Source: Porphyridium purpureum (Eukaryota). From it: a stretch of DNA of 64,000 nt. The DNA is taken from NCBI GenBank assembly GCA_008690995.1, contig VRMN01000002.1:372001-436000 (forward strand), given 5' to 3'. The translations under genes and the position numbers were made by a program. How positions within the stretch are numbered: position 1 is the stretch's first letter; each line of letters begins with the position of its first letter. The notes below the pieces were generated by a model. The model had not been told where the DNA came from and did not search any database. It was given only the letters and a program-made list of their open reading frames with translations. Below, one piece after another: positions 9,277 through 21,279 of the stretch.

Positions 9277-12200
9277 TCAGGGCGCTGGGCGGCGTTCCAG
9301 ATTGCACATCATTCGCATCAAGCGCGCGGACTTGTTCATGTGACGGTCACGCTCCATGAGAAAAATACAGTCACGAATCGAGATCGGGTCGCGCTGCATC
9401 TGAAGCTGAGGCTGCGCCTGGCGCAACGGCAACAAATCACCCAAGCCGGCCGGCATTGCCACATGGACTGGCAGTTTTGGAGGTTGCGCTGCGTGCCGGG
9501 AGCCCACGCTCGCTTCCCCATCTGAGATCTTGCTTAGCACAGACGCCGTTGCCGAGTCGTCGCTTATTGCCCCTGTGAAGCCTGCGTCCAAAGACAAGCG
9601 CGGTGGTTTGCCGTCAATTCCATACCCACCAACAGTGCCAACAGCAGAAGCAACGCTGCCGGCGCCTACTGGAGATGTGCCGCCCGCGGCGAGACTAGGC
9701 GGCGCCCCCGCTGAAGGTGCAGACTTGCGTCTCTTCTTTAACCCACCAAGAATGTTGGTCAATGTTGCATTTGTTTGCTTTAGGCTCTCATCTTGGCGTT
9801 TCTTCTCGATAACCACCTTATTCTCGGCGCGCTTTGCATTATCGTCCGGAATCGGTGTTCGATCTTCTGTTATGGCGCCGCCGTTCTCAGCTGCATCCAT
9901 GTCCTGCTGCCGCCGCTTACGACCTTCAATTAATACATCGAGCTGCCGCACTTCCTCCTTCCGAAGCTTGTCGAGCTCACCACGCACATCCTCGACCGCA
10001 TAGGTCGTGGCCTTTGCCCCCCAGAGCTTGCGCGAAACCTCCTGTCGCGCGTTTGAAATTTGATTTAGGCGCTTGAGCAAGCTCTGCAGACGCTCACGTA
10101 CTGCCAAGCTCAGAATCTCCACACACTCGCGCCGGACTTGACGCACGACACGCGTGCGCCGCCCGACACGCGTGCGCCGCATGACAAGCTCCATAATCTT
10201 CTCGACCGAACCCGGATTTACAAATTTGTCGAAGTCTTCCGGTTCCAGCTCACCTTGCGTGTGCTCATCCTCGTCCAAAGACAAATCGTCATCTTCATTC
10301 TCTACGTTAATCCCGGCCGCATACATCACATCTAGCTCCTCATCCTCCGTCCGAACTTTGCGCTCTGCCTTTTTCTGTGCAACGGGGGCCGCAGACGCTC
10401 CTCCGCTGTGCGTTTTCACCATTCCTGAAGTCCCAGAAGGCAAATGCGGCTGACCGGGCACACTCCCATCCAGTTCTCCCGCCAGTCCTGGGCTGATCGC
10501 ATTCTTTTCTATGGGAGAGTCAGCATGAATCTCATCCCCGTCGTCTTCAGCCGATGATTTCGCAGCGCCGGAAGCGCCACTTGACGAACCTTGAGGTTTA
10601 CCGCCACCCTTATTCGTGCCAGTGTCGCCAGGTTTGCCGCGCTTTGGTGCCGGCTGCTGCTGTTGGAGTTCTGCTGCATAACCTGGCCGCTTTCCGCCCA
10701 CATCTGTTCCTTGATCGGCGTCAATGTGTTCCCCTTTCAAGGCCCCCACCGCGTCGGGCTCCTCCTTAGGTGTGATGGTTTTCCCTACCACCGACTTGGT
10801 TGCTTTCTTCCCTGCTAATGTCTTCTTGCCTGTGCTCGCTTTCGCAGCATTGGTGTTGTTTAACATGGCGTCACCATTAACATTCGCCTGGACTTTCTTT
10901 CGCGGCGGCGGCTCGTCATCTGCGCCATCTTGCGCACTTTGCGCGCGCATCTGCGGCGGTGAATGGCATTCACCCTGCGCGACAGCAGCTGGTTCGACTT
11001 GTGTTCCTGGCCTCGCAGGAACAGAGCTCGGTCGCACACCACCCTCTAAAGCGTATCTTTGCGTCTGTACGGCACGCTCTTGACGAGGATTTGACAAAGG
11101 TGCGCCTAAGGAGTGGTCTGCGGGTCGCGAAGCAGGCAAGGATACTCCAGGTTTTTGCTGACCCGGACCAGGCTGAACGCCTTGGCCGCCTGAATTGGTG
11201 CCTGCGGCAGCGGCACCTTGATTTTGGCTCATCACTTCACGGCGCCAATTCCTAAATTTTTCTTGAAATGACTGCAGCTGGTGGTTCGGCTGAATAACGC
11301 GCACGAGCTCAAATATTCTCTCAGATAACTGCTTCTGCGTGAGTCTTTGCTCAGTCCATTCTTTGTGCCAACGTTTCAGCTCGGTCATAAACTCAGCCTC
11401 CAGCTGTGCGGCTTCTGTGGGGTCGCGCGAGCGCAGATCGCGCTTCATAATGTACGTCGCAAACTTGCAAAACATGGTGACGTGCATCTGCTCGATACTG
11501 GCGGCATTGGCAACGTTGGGCCTTGCAGCTGCGGCTGGAGCCACGCCAGCCATGCCTGGAGAGCGTGCGTTGATTAAAGCCTGCGTGGGCACATTCATTC
11601 TATACTGCTGAGCATGCTGTGGTGCCATCTGCCGTTGCGGCTGCATCGGCAACGCCGGAAGAGCGGCACCCGCAGACGGGACCGATGGGCCGAGCAATGC
11701 CTTCAGTTCATCGACGTTGCTGTCCAAGGTCCGAACGGGCTGAGACTGGGCCTGCGGCGCTGCGCGAGCTCCGCCGGGAAACTGTGCGGGGCCCGACGTC
11801 GGCAGGTGCGCACTGCTTCTCTGCGGGGGAACTGCTGGCCGGGAAGGCGCTTGTACGTACGATGCTGGCGGTGACTCGAGCAGTGCAGCAAGTTCGTCAC
11901 GGTTCTGTTTGGTTCGCGGAATGGCCTGAACGGCGCTGGCGCGCGTGGCCGCCGCGGCAACGGCGGCCGTGTGGTTCTGCTGCGATGTTTGTGGACTGGG
12001 CCGCGCACCCGCTGCTCCTGAAACTCCCGCTGCTTGCTGCCCCGCGCGCATCTGTGCTATCACCTCGGGCGGATTCGCCGACATCCCATGTGGTGGAGAC
12101 GGCGTCGGCGCAACCCGCGCGCGCGCCTGTTGCTGTTGCTGCTGCTGCTGCTGCTGCTGCGACAGCTGCGACTGAGAGCGCTGCGCCTGCTGAGGAGGCG

Positions 12201-12327
12201 GCGAGCTGCCAGACCCCCCACTCGCGGTCGGCGTCAGTAACCCTTTCAGCTCATCGCGGTGCGCATCAATCCGACTACTCGTCGCCTGCCAATTCAAACC
12301 GCTGCCCTGACCGATGTTCTTTGACAT
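9277..12327 (-). CDS. TAF4: TFIID subunit TAF4-like, 1016 aa
   Basis: Q/P/A-rich N-terminus; histone-fold segment CVEILSLAVRERLQSLLKRLNQISNARQ; C-terminal ISIRDCIFLMERD. Confidence 0.85.
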   Translation of the reverse strand: MSKNIGQGSGLNWQATSSRIDAHRDELKGLLTPTASGGSGSSPPPQQAQRSQSQLSQQQQQQQQQQQARARVAPTPSPPHGMSANPPEVIAQMRAGQQAAGVSGAAGARPSPQTSQQNHTAAVAAAATRASAVQAIPRTKQNRDELAALLESPPASYVQAPSRPAVPPQRSSAHLPTSGPAQFPGGARAAPQAQSQPVRTLDSNVDELKALLGPSVPSAGAALPALPMQPQRQMAPQHAQQYRMNVPTQALINARSPGMAGVAPAAAARPNVANAASIEQMHVTMFCKFATYIMKRDLRSRDPTEAAQLEAEFMTELKRWHKEWTEQRLTQKQLSERIFELVRVIQPNHQLQSFQEKFRNWRREVMSQNQGAAAAGTNSGGQGVQPGPGQQKPGVSLPASRPADHSLGAPLSNPRQERAVQTQRYALEGGVRPSSVPARPGTQVEPAAVAQGECHSPPQMRAQSAQDGADDEPPPRKKVQANVNGDAMLNNTNAAKASTGKKTLAGKKATKSVVGKTITPKEEPDAVGALKGEHIDADQGTDVGGKRPGYAAELQQQQPAPKRGKPGDTGTNKGGGKPQGSSSGASGAAKSSAEDDGDEIHADSPIEKNAISPGLAGELDGSVPGQPHLPSGTSGMVKTHSGGASAAPVAQKKAERKVRTEDEELDVMYAAGINVENEDDDLSLDEDEHTQGELEPEDFDKFVNPGSVEKIMELVMRRTRVGRRTRVVRQVRRECVEILSLAVRERLQSLLKRLNQISNARQEVSRKLWGAKATTYAVEDVRGELDKLRKEEVRQLDVLIEGRKRRQQDMDAAENGGAITEDRTPIPDDNAKRAENKVVIEKKRQDESLKQTNATLTNILGGLKKRRKSAPSAGAPPSLAAGGTSPVGAGSVASAVGTVGGYGIDGKPPRLSLDAGFTGAISDDSATASVLSKISDGEASVGSRHAAQPPKLPVHVAMPAGLGDLLPLRQAQPQLQMQRDPISIRDCIFLMERDRHMNKSARLMRMMCNLERRPAP

Positions 12328-12997
12328 TCTCGATCACTCCTCCAAGAACGAACGGAGCGAACCCACAGAAGCTACCCTCCTTCTACCAAGCGCATCAGCA
12401 CATGACACGCAAGATCGCCTTCCCACTGCCCTTATTCTTCCCCCGCAGCCCGGTCCCACCGGTCCCCCGCAGCCTGTTTCGACCCTCTTCCGTTTGCGTT
12501 TCTCTCCGACATCCCTTCAATTCTTCCCCTGTCTCTTTCTCGTGACGGCCTGTGGAAGCAAGCAGGGCTTTGGCCGTGTCCGCCCACTGGACAGAAGAGG
12601 TGAACCTCCGCGGCACGGTGTTGCAGGGGCTCAAGACGGCAGTCTTGAAGTGCCAAAGCGGAGCCGAACTTGAGCGCGCTGTGCTGAAGCGTCGGCGCAT
12701 CGACGACAACCCCAACGTTGGAGCGTCGAGTGGACCCCCAGATGTGCTCGTGGGCAAAATGCGTGCCGCTCCCGAGGTGCGAAATACGGAGGACAATGCG
12801 CCTCGAGAGTAGAGCGTGTGGTATGTAAGGGCCAGTCGTGCATGGTCCTTCGTGAAAGCTAGCAGTAAAAAGTAGAGAGCAGCTGTGAAGGAGGAGAATA
12901 AGAAAGAAAAGGGGAAAAGAAAAACGTTGAATGTCCGGTACAACACGTAGGAGCACGGCAACGTGCTCGTACTGATGTGAGGAGGGGAAGCGCTTGA

Positions 12998-13254
12998 TGT
13001 TATCCCACAAGCGTAGCCACGCAGTGGACACCCACGCAATGGCTCCCGGTGCGGAAATCAAAGTTGCTCTTGGCAATACTTATAAACTTCTTTTATGCTA
13101 TCCACTCCTGCCGTCCCTTCTCTAGTCGCTCGTCCGAGCCCCGCGAAAACAGGGGCTTAAATAAACGTATGCAGTCTACTGCGACTAGTGACATCTTCGG
13201 TGCGAGTGAACACTACAGTTGCAACATTGAAGGAAGGGAGCAACCCAGTAAAGC
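12998..13254 (+). mobile_element. Possible LTR (12998-13193) plus PBS-like remnant of another retroelement family
   Basis: TGTTA...TGACA termini, TATAAA, AATAAA, followed by (C)GGTGCGAGTGAAC resembling a tRNA-Phe-type PBS. Confidence 0.3.
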
Positions 13255-13557
13255 TGTTATCCGTTCGACCCCAGCCACCTAGAACGGTTCAGTTAATCCG
13301 AAACCGGTAAGCCGTTAAACCGATAGACCGTTTAACCGTTTCTAGAAGCTTCTAGAGGTTCCAGAACCTTCTAGACGCGCGCAGAAATGCCAATGATTTG
13401 CATTGTCATTTCTCTTGGCGCCTTGCTGTCCCTGGCGGAAGTAAGGGTATAAAAAGGCGACGCGCCTGCCCGGACTAGCCGGTCAGGTCTTGCTCGGAGA
13501 CAGAAGAGGTAAGACAGAGAGAGAGAGAGAGAATAAAAAGGCACAACATTGGTAACA
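13255..13557 (+). repeat. Isolated Gypsy LTR in the opposite orientation
   Basis: Reverse complement of the other four LTRs; flanks AAAGC / CGCGC do not match. Confidence 0.93.
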
Positions 13558-16138
13558 CGCGCCTCGTGAAGGATGGGTTTCGTGTTCAATACGATGCTCA
13601 GAGGGATGCATTCGTCGTGACTGGCGAAGGTGGATTGGAGGAATGGTTTTCCTGTACTGAAGATAATTTGTACGTCTGTGACATCGAGTATTTTGGTTTG
13701 ATAAACAAAGGCGTACATGAATCTGATGAAAAACACGTTCACCTCTTGCCCGACGGATCAGACCACCACTTGGCCCTCTCAACCACCAAAGCGCTCGCAC
13801 CTGCACCGAATACCACCAAGTTAACAAGGCCTGAAATCATTCGCGCGGAACAAGTACTGGAAGTGCAAAGGAGGTTGGGTTTCCCGTCATTTGAGGCTGT
13901 CCGGGATTTGCTGCGACGCGGGGGCCTAGGTGGATGCGACTTGACGGCGCAAGACGTGTGCAATGCGGAGCGAGCATTCGGAATGCTAGCGGCGGCTGTC
14001 AAAGGCAAAGGTACCGGCCACAAGACACCCGCAGTAGCGACCGCACATCAGCGTGACGAAGAATTGGTGCAAGAACTACACACAGACCTAAAGTTTATCT
14101 CGGGTAAGAGCTTCCTGGTGTCAGTCGTGAAGCCTATGCATTATTTGATGGCGACTCCCATAAACTCCAAGACAAGCTGGGAACTGAGACAAGCGTTGGA
14201 GAATCAGATCAGGGGACTTATGGCATACCGTGTGCGTATTGGGGTTGTGAAATCGGATTCAGAGTCTGGGCTAACGGCGATAGTAGACGAGATGACAGGC
14301 AAGCAAATTTTGCTCAACACGAAGGCAGCGACAGAGGCTGTCCCAGCCGTCGAAAGGGCCAACAGAACCATCAAGGATGTTTCCCGAGCTGCAATCCATA
14401 GCCTCCCATATTCACTACCAACCAGCTTGTTGCCGGCCCTGGTCAAGTATGCGGTACAACGTTGCAATTACGTACACAGTTCGACCGGCTGGCGCGATGG
14501 CGAGACGCCGTGGACAAGAATGACTGGACGCAAGCCGGATGTCGGTCGAGAACTGGGACTAGGATTTGGCGACTACGTCCTGGTGAGCAAGGCGAAGACG
14601 GACAATACTATGACCGCCAGGGCAAACGGTTGTCTTGCATTATATCCCGCCGGTATTGAGGAGGGCTCCTGGGTTTTCCTGGACTTAACATCCATGGCGG
14701 AGATACGGAGACAAAATTGGAAAAGAGCCGTAATACCACAACAAGTGATTGACATGATGAACCAGTCGCCGAACCTATCAATCGTAGTTGAGAATCCGGA
14801 GGAAGCCGAAGCGGAAGCATCCGCCAAAGAGGTTCACGTGAGCGGTGAATCGATACCGTCTTCGACGCACGGTCGTTCGCGTGAAGAATGCACCGAGCCA
14901 ACAGGAGCAGGAGGGTCAGCGGCGTCATTTTCATATCGTGGGCCGACTCGGTCTGTCGGCGCGTCCGGTGTTGTGGGTTGGACCGAGGAACTCGGACCTT
15001 TAATAAAGCAGGACGATGGGCAAGCGAAAGGAACTTTGGGTCCGACAAATCAGTCGAGCACAATGAACTCCGGAGTCCAAAATCCGGGAGTGGAGATGGA
15101 CGTTCCGGAACACGTGGTGGAAAGCTCGGGAGTGGATGAGGAAGCACAGCGTGCAGAAGCAGAAAATCCGCTTGACGAACGCATGGAAAGTGATCCTCGA
15201 ATTTCAGATGAGGAGCATGCACCAGAGACGAGGTTCTCTCCTCCTCGAGATGATGATACCCTTATACAAGCGGCAGACAACCCAGAAGCGCCAGAGCTGA
15301 TCGATGAAGGAAGGCGGGCCGCGGACGAGAACATGCAGAGATGCGCCCGCAGAATCGAAGAACTCTTGGCACTCGAGGAGACTTTGATGCGTAACATGCG
15401 AGAATTGCATTCGGAGACTCAGTCCACAGAACGTATAGATGTTGGCCGAGTGGAAACCGAGCCTAAAGGGCATCAGACAGTCGGTCAAAGAATGACACGC
15501 GGAAAGGTTGTATCAGCAGACGAGGTGCGCGCAGGACCGACTGCTCAAATTGTTCCAGGTGAAGACAATGCTGAGGCGGAACTCGAGCGCACCCGAGGAT
15601 CGAAGCGGAGGCTTAATGACTGCGAGACAGAATCACTAGCGGAGGACTCGGATACACCATTGATGGTTGAAGTAAAGCGGCGCCAGATGATGATGGCAAG
15701 ACTGCTGAAAGGGATCGTACTGAGCACATCCGTGGAACGCGCCGTGAAAGTGTTCGGACAGGGTGCTTTGGCTGCGGTACAAGCTGAGTTACTGCAGATG
15801 ACGAGCTCCCACATGCTCGTGTTCGAATCGGTGAATCGCGACCTCACTCGCGAAGAGTGTCAAGGGATATTACCCACACACCTCTTCGTGAGCGAAAAAC
15901 GACATCCTGAAACGAGCGAGGTGATAAAGTTAAAGGCAAGACTCGTTGCCGGTGGCAATTTTCAGAACCGCGAGTTGCATCCTGATACTTCGTCGCCAAC
16001 TGTTCGAGTGGAGTCGCTCTTGACTTTGGCAGCACTTGCAGCATCGCAGAAGCGATTTGTGGCAACTGTGGATTTTCCGGGGGCCTATTTGAATGCGTCG
16101 ATGCTGGCTGATAGTCCAGACATTCTGGTGAGACTTGG
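13558..16138 (+). pseudogene. pol: Copia 2 (CoDi-like) pol, 5' segment: end of protease, integrase, acidic linker, RT start
   Basis: LHTDLKFI / SDSES / VERANRTIKD integrase core; KLKARLVAGG, SSPTVR, VDFPGAYLNA RT motifs; cut by the Gypsy insertion. Confidence 0.92.
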
Positions 16139-16429
16139 TGTTACCAATGCTGTGCCTTTTTTTCTCTCTCTCTTCTTCTTCCGTCTCCGAGCAAGACCTG
16201 ACCGGCTAGTCCGGGCAGGCGCGTCGCCTTTTTATACCCTTACTTCCGCCAGGGACAGCAAGGCGCCAAGAGAAATGACAATGCAAATCATTGGCATTTC
16301 TGCGCGCGTCTAGAAGGTTCTGGAACCTCTAGAAGCTTCTAGAAACGGTTAAACGGTCTATCGGTTTAACGGCTTACCGGTTTCGGATTAACCGAACCGT
16401 TCTAGGTGACTGGGGTCGAACGGATAACA
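16139..16429 (-). repeat. Gypsy 3' LTR
   Basis: TGTTA...TAACA termini, adjacent to the PPT. Confidence 0.95.
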
Positions 16430-16441
16430 TCTCCCCCCCTC
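16430..16441 (-). promoter_or_regulatory. Polypurine tract
   Basis: Minus strand GAGGGGGGGAGA immediately before the 3' LTR. Confidence 0.88.
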
Positions 16442-16548
16442 TTGGCTCGACGTCTCGGCGAGACTCCAAACTAAGTTGCATTCTTGGCTCGAGGAACCCG
16501 CGCTCCGGGAGAAAACCTCTGCCTAGCAAACTTCTCACAATTCCCAAG

Positions 16549-19500
16549 TCATTCAGAGTCAGACTCTTCGATAATTTTCAACAAGTCTGGCTCAGAATCG
16601 GACGCTGGCAGGCCGTCGGGTACTTCTTCATCATTTTCTCCTGCCATGTAGTCTTCGCGTCCATAGTATGGCTTCAGATGTTGGATCGGAAAAACATCAT
16701 GACAAGCCACACCCTCGGGCAAAATCACTCGGTAAGCATGCGAGCTCACCTTCTCAATGACAGGCACCGGACCAAGAAACTTTGGTGCCGCCAAATCACT
16801 CTTGTTCGGCCGCAGTTGCGGCGCCGTGATCAGCACTTGATCACCAACTTGAAACTCCCGGGCATCCTTGCGTCGATCGAAGAACTTCTGCATTCTCCCT
16901 TGGGCTTCGATCAAATTGTCGCGGACTTCTTCATGGACTTTGCACAGGCGAAACCAGTGCTCCGCCATGTCCTTCGTCTGTCCGTCGCGCGCAGGCCTCC
17001 ACCCTTCGCTCGGTGGAAACCAAGGATTCCTTCCATACACCACTTTGAACGGCGCGAATCCAGTGGCACTGCTTGGTGCAGAGTTGTACGCAAACTCGTA
17101 CAACGGCAAGTCTCGCACCCAGCCAGTATTCGTCGCCATCAACTTGAGCATTTCCCGAATCACCCGCTTCACTCGCTCAGTTTGGCCATCTGTCTGCGGG
17201 TGGTTGGCAGTAGACATTGCCAACTTCATGCCCACCCGCTTGCTCAGCTGCTGCCAAAACGTTGACGTAAACAGCGGATCTCGATCCGACACAATTGACT
17301 TGGGGTATCCGAAACGGCTCACGACGTGCTTCACGAACAAGTCAGCACAACGCTTTGCTGTCAAGTCCTTGCGCGTCGGGATAAACAGCGCCATCTTCGA
17401 ATAGCGATCCACCACAGTCATGATTGCATCACAGCTGCCTTCGCTCCGAGGCAGCTCCGTCACAAAGTCCATCGAAATGTCGACCCAAGGTCCTTCTGGG
17501 ATCGACAAGGGCTTCAGCTTTCCAAACGACCGATTCTCAGACTTTGTCACTTGGCATGCGTGACAAGTCTTCACAAAACGGCTCACGTCTCGCTTCATCT
17601 TTGGCCAGTAGAAGCGAGTTATCAAAGACGCATACGTCGTGTCCGCTCCACGGTGCCCTGCTGTCGGGATATCGTGGTGGAGCTGCATGACACGCTCTCT
17701 GAATTTCCTCGGCACGCAAACGCGATTCCTCAAATACAAGAGCCCAGCTTCCGTTCGAAAACCCTGGTGGGTCGGTAAATCCCCCATCAAAGCACCAAAG
17801 TCTGGGTCACTCGAGTATGAACCCACGAATGCCTGGAACCCCGCACCAAATTCATCACACCGAACTTGGTACTCTAGCGCATGCAACTCTGGCTTTCTCG
17901 ACAAACCATCGGCTACCACGTTCGACTTTCCCTTCACATAGTCGATTGTGATGTCAAACTCGGCTAAAAAGTCCAACCACCGTGCTTGCCGGCCATTCAG
18001 CTGCTTCTGCGTCATCAAATGTTTCAACGCCTCATGATCTGTATGCAGCACAAACTTTGCCCCGTACAGATAAGGTCGAAACTCTCGCAGACAGTGAATG
18101 ACGGCCATGAGCTCACCTTCATAGCTGCTGTACCTGGTCTCTCGGTCCAGCAGCTTCCTCGACGTAAACGCGACCGGTCTGCCTTCCTGTGCCAGCCATC
18201 CCCCACCGCGACTTCAGAGCGGTCCGTGTACACCTCAAATGGCTTTTCAGGGTCTGGCAAGGCCAACACCGGCGCTTCCGTCAACATCCCGACAATCTTC
18301 TTGAAGGCCGACTTGCCTTCATCTCCCAGTTCGATCAGCTGCTTCTTCGACTTTGCGTTCTGCAACAGCGAAGTCAGCGGCGCCACGACGGTAGAGTATC
18401 CTTTGACAAACCTGCGAAACCAGTTTGTCATTCCCAAAAAGGATCTCAACTCCGTCACCGTCTTTGGCACTGGCCAATCTCTCAAAGCTTCCACCTTCCG
18501 TGGATCCATCTTCACGCAACCGTTGCCGACAATGTTCCCCAGGTATTCGACTTCAGAAACGAAGAAGCTGCACTTCTTGCGCTTCAACCGATACCCCGCC
18601 TTTTGCAAGCGCGACAACACTTCCTTCAGGACCTCGCCGTGCGACTGCCTATCCTTGGTAAAGACCAAAATATCGTCCAAGTAGACAATGACGGTCTTGT
18701 CCAGCAGATCTGCAAACAGCTCGTTCATGGCCCTCTGAAAAGTTGCCGGCGCGTTGCAAAGACCAAACGGCATCACACGGAACTCGAACTGTCCGTACCT
18801 GGTCTGGAACGCGGTCTTCGGCACGTCCTCTCTCCGAACACGCAACTGGTGGTATCCCGATGCCAAATCCAACTTTGAGAAACAGTGAGCTGCGCCCAGT
18901 CGATCCAGCAACTCATCCATGTTCGGCAACGGATACCGGTCCTTCACAGTTGCGTCGTTCAAAGCCCGATAATCAACGCACATCCTCATGCTGCCGTCTT
19001 TCTTCTTCACGAACAGCACGGGCGCTCCAAACGGGCTCTGACTCGGCTGGACGAATCCTTTGTCCAGCAAGTCGTCCAAAGTCTCTCGGAGGACTTTCAA
19101 CTCCGCAGGGCTCAGTCGGTAGACCCTGCCCACTCTCACAGGCTTCTCATCTTTCAGCCTAATCACATGCTCCACTGTTCGGCTCTCAGGCAGCCCACGC
19201 GGCTCCTCGAACAGACTTTCGAAATCATTGAGCATCTTTCTGACAGAGTCAGCTTCTTTGCGCTCCACTGAACAGGGCTCCTCCCTTCCTTTCAGCACGC
19301 CGAGGTAGCACTCTTCTACCTCCTGACTCTTCAACAGCCGACGGAGCTCTTTCCGCGGCACCAGCATCTGCGTCATGCTCCAGGCCCTCTTCTCTCCGTA
19401 GGCCAACATGCCAGACTGCCAATCAATCACTGGGTTCTCCCGCTTCAGCCACTCCATGCCCAAGATTGCGTCTTGTCCCGCAATCCGGCAAATGGCAAAG

Positions 19501-19946
19501 TTAGCGGTTCCTGAGTACCCATCGCTCAGTGTAAACTTGACATTGGAAATTTCTCCGGCTGTCTCCAATACAGACCCGTCTGCCAGGGTCACATGATCTC
19601 TCTTCCACGACGCCTTCTGCTTCAGGCCGTCGGATTTCAGCACAAAGTCCACGCTCATAAAGTTGTCCGTCGCGCCACTGTCAATCAAAAACGTGGCCTC
19701 TCCGTCGGACTTGTGCACTTTTCCTCGAACTCGAAGAAGCATGGCAGCTCCCATCCCTCCAAGTTCCTTGATCACGGGCTGATTTGCGCTCGAGTTTCGC
19801 CCACAAGGTGTCGGACAGCCAGACCTTGGCTTACCAAGGCCACCACAGCGGTCTTCATTGCCGCCCCTAGAGGTCTCGTAACGTCTGCGAGCCTCCTTTC
19901 CCTCTGACTGTCCGAGGAACCTTTTTACTCGAGCTCCTCGTTTTTT
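16549..19946 (-). CDS. pol: Gypsy Pol (PR-RT-RNaseH-IN), interrupted by one frameshift at ~18200 in RNase H
   Basis: LIDSGA, RMCVDYRALN, MPFGLCNAP, YLDD, LHTDH, HHCC, SMDF / SDRD / GQTER, KFLGP; ORFs 18024-20039 and 16549-18108 join by a frame change. Confidence 0.93.
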
Positions 19947-20731
19947 GACTCCAGCGAGTCTCCCTCCAGCTGCTGAATAGTCTTCCTTGCCTCGGGACAC
20001 TTCCTGGCGATGTGTCCCGGCCTTCCACAATTCCAGCATTTGAGCTCGGTACGAACACGCCTCTGACCCTGCACATGTCCCAGCTCCATCGGGACAGGTC
20101 CTTCCTGCGCTGCACGACCGAAAAATGGCGCCCTCACACTTGAATCACGCACGCCGCGGGTCGCATGAATGGCGTCGTCCACGACCACCGCCACCTGCGC
20201 AGCCTCCGCAAACGTGCTCACTCCTCGCTTGTACACTTCCAAGCGGACCTCGGGCTTCAGACCCCTCACAAAGCGGTCCATCATTTCTGCGTCCGACAAG
20301 TCCGGAATCACAAGTGCCGCGTCCTGAAAAGCCGCCACATACGCATGGGCCGGGCCTTTCTGCGAAAGACGCGTCAACTTGTCCCTTGCACGCCTGATCG
20401 AATCCTGCGGCGTGAACCGAGCACTCACGAGGGCAGCAAAATCATTCCACGTCGTGGGGATCTCCTGCGGGTAGCGCTCGCAGTTCAGAACCCACCAATG
20501 AAGCGCCTCTCCCTCGAAGTAGTCTGATGCCAAGTCCACAGCACGCCTCTCCGCAAGCAGACGTTTGTCCAAATCGTCCGGGTGGATGCTCTCCAACAGC
20601 CGGCCCAAGATCTTCTTTCTCGCCTGGAACAACCACGTCTTCACAACCAGAAGGTCCCTCTTCCCGTCGAACCTCATCAGACGGGCCTCCTTCGGGCCAC
20701 GTGGTCCCAGCGTCTCCGAATCAATCTCCAT
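19925..20731 (-). CDS. gag: Gypsy Gag, 268 aa
   Basis: Three amino-acid differences from 517-1323; CCHC knuckle. Confidence 0.95.
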   Translation of the reverse strand: MEIDSETLGPRGPKEARLMRFDGKRDLLVVKTWLFQARKKILGRLLESIHPDDLDKRLLAERRAVDLASDYFEGEALHWWVLNCERYPQEIPTTWNDFAALVSARFTPQDSIRRARDKLTRLSQKGPAHAYVAAFQDAALVIPDLSDAEMMDRFVRGLKPEVRLEVYKRGVSTFAEAAQVAVVVDDAIHATRGVRDSSVRAPFFGRAAQEGPVPMELGHVQGQRRVRTELKCWNCGRPGHIARKCPEARKTIQQLEGDSLESKNEELE

Positions 20732-21279
20732 GCTTTCTGGACTAAAGCACGCTCAACGATCACGACAACTCGAACAGCAAGCCTCCGATGCTCACTTTCT
20801 CCAACAGCTGCGCGCAACACGAACGGGCTCGGTCGCCCTCACGACCACAAATCGACACACGAAGCGGTCCTCTCACTCACACACACGCACAGCAAGCCTC
20901 TCACGCACACACAACAAAGCACACAGCAATCCTCCTCTGTTGCGCTGGATGGGGAGCGGCCCGGGCCTTTGCACTGGGGCGGGGATTATAGATGCGATCT
21001 TGTATGGAGGTGTTCGGCGCCTACCTTCGCAAAGGTGGTCGTGCGACACTAGGATAAATCCTAGTGAAGGCTGACCGTTACGGCTTTTGCCTACTAATAC
21101 ATGCTAAGGCAGAGAGCGAGTCCGCCGTCAAGGCCTAGGCCTATCGTACAGCCAAGACTGAGACCCGCTTCCGCCCGTCGCACCCTCAGGATCGACTTAC
21201 TCGAACCCCCTCACCCGCAGACTCTCCCACCCAGGCAACCCCAGAGAAACTCTAAGAGAACCTTAGAGCAATCCCAGGT

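Noticed and set aside
12395..13076. ORFs of 214, 214 and 86 aa upstream of TAF4
   Set aside because: No recognisable motifs, overlapping frames, non-ATG or weak starts; a small gene cannot be excluded
13566..16313. 915-aa ORF ending ...QIIGISARV as a complete protein
   Set aside because: The last ~58 codons are read-through into the inserted Gypsy LTR; the true pol continues at 21593
16442..16620. Chromodomain at the Gypsy integrase C-terminus
   Set aside because: No convincing aromatic-cage or WEP motif in the frames read
18190..18230. Second programmed frameshift in Gypsy RNase H
   Set aside because: No slippery site and the local motif is garbled (TDR for TDA); more likely mutation or sequencing error. 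The same applies to the 1-nt deletions at ~21746 and ~22013
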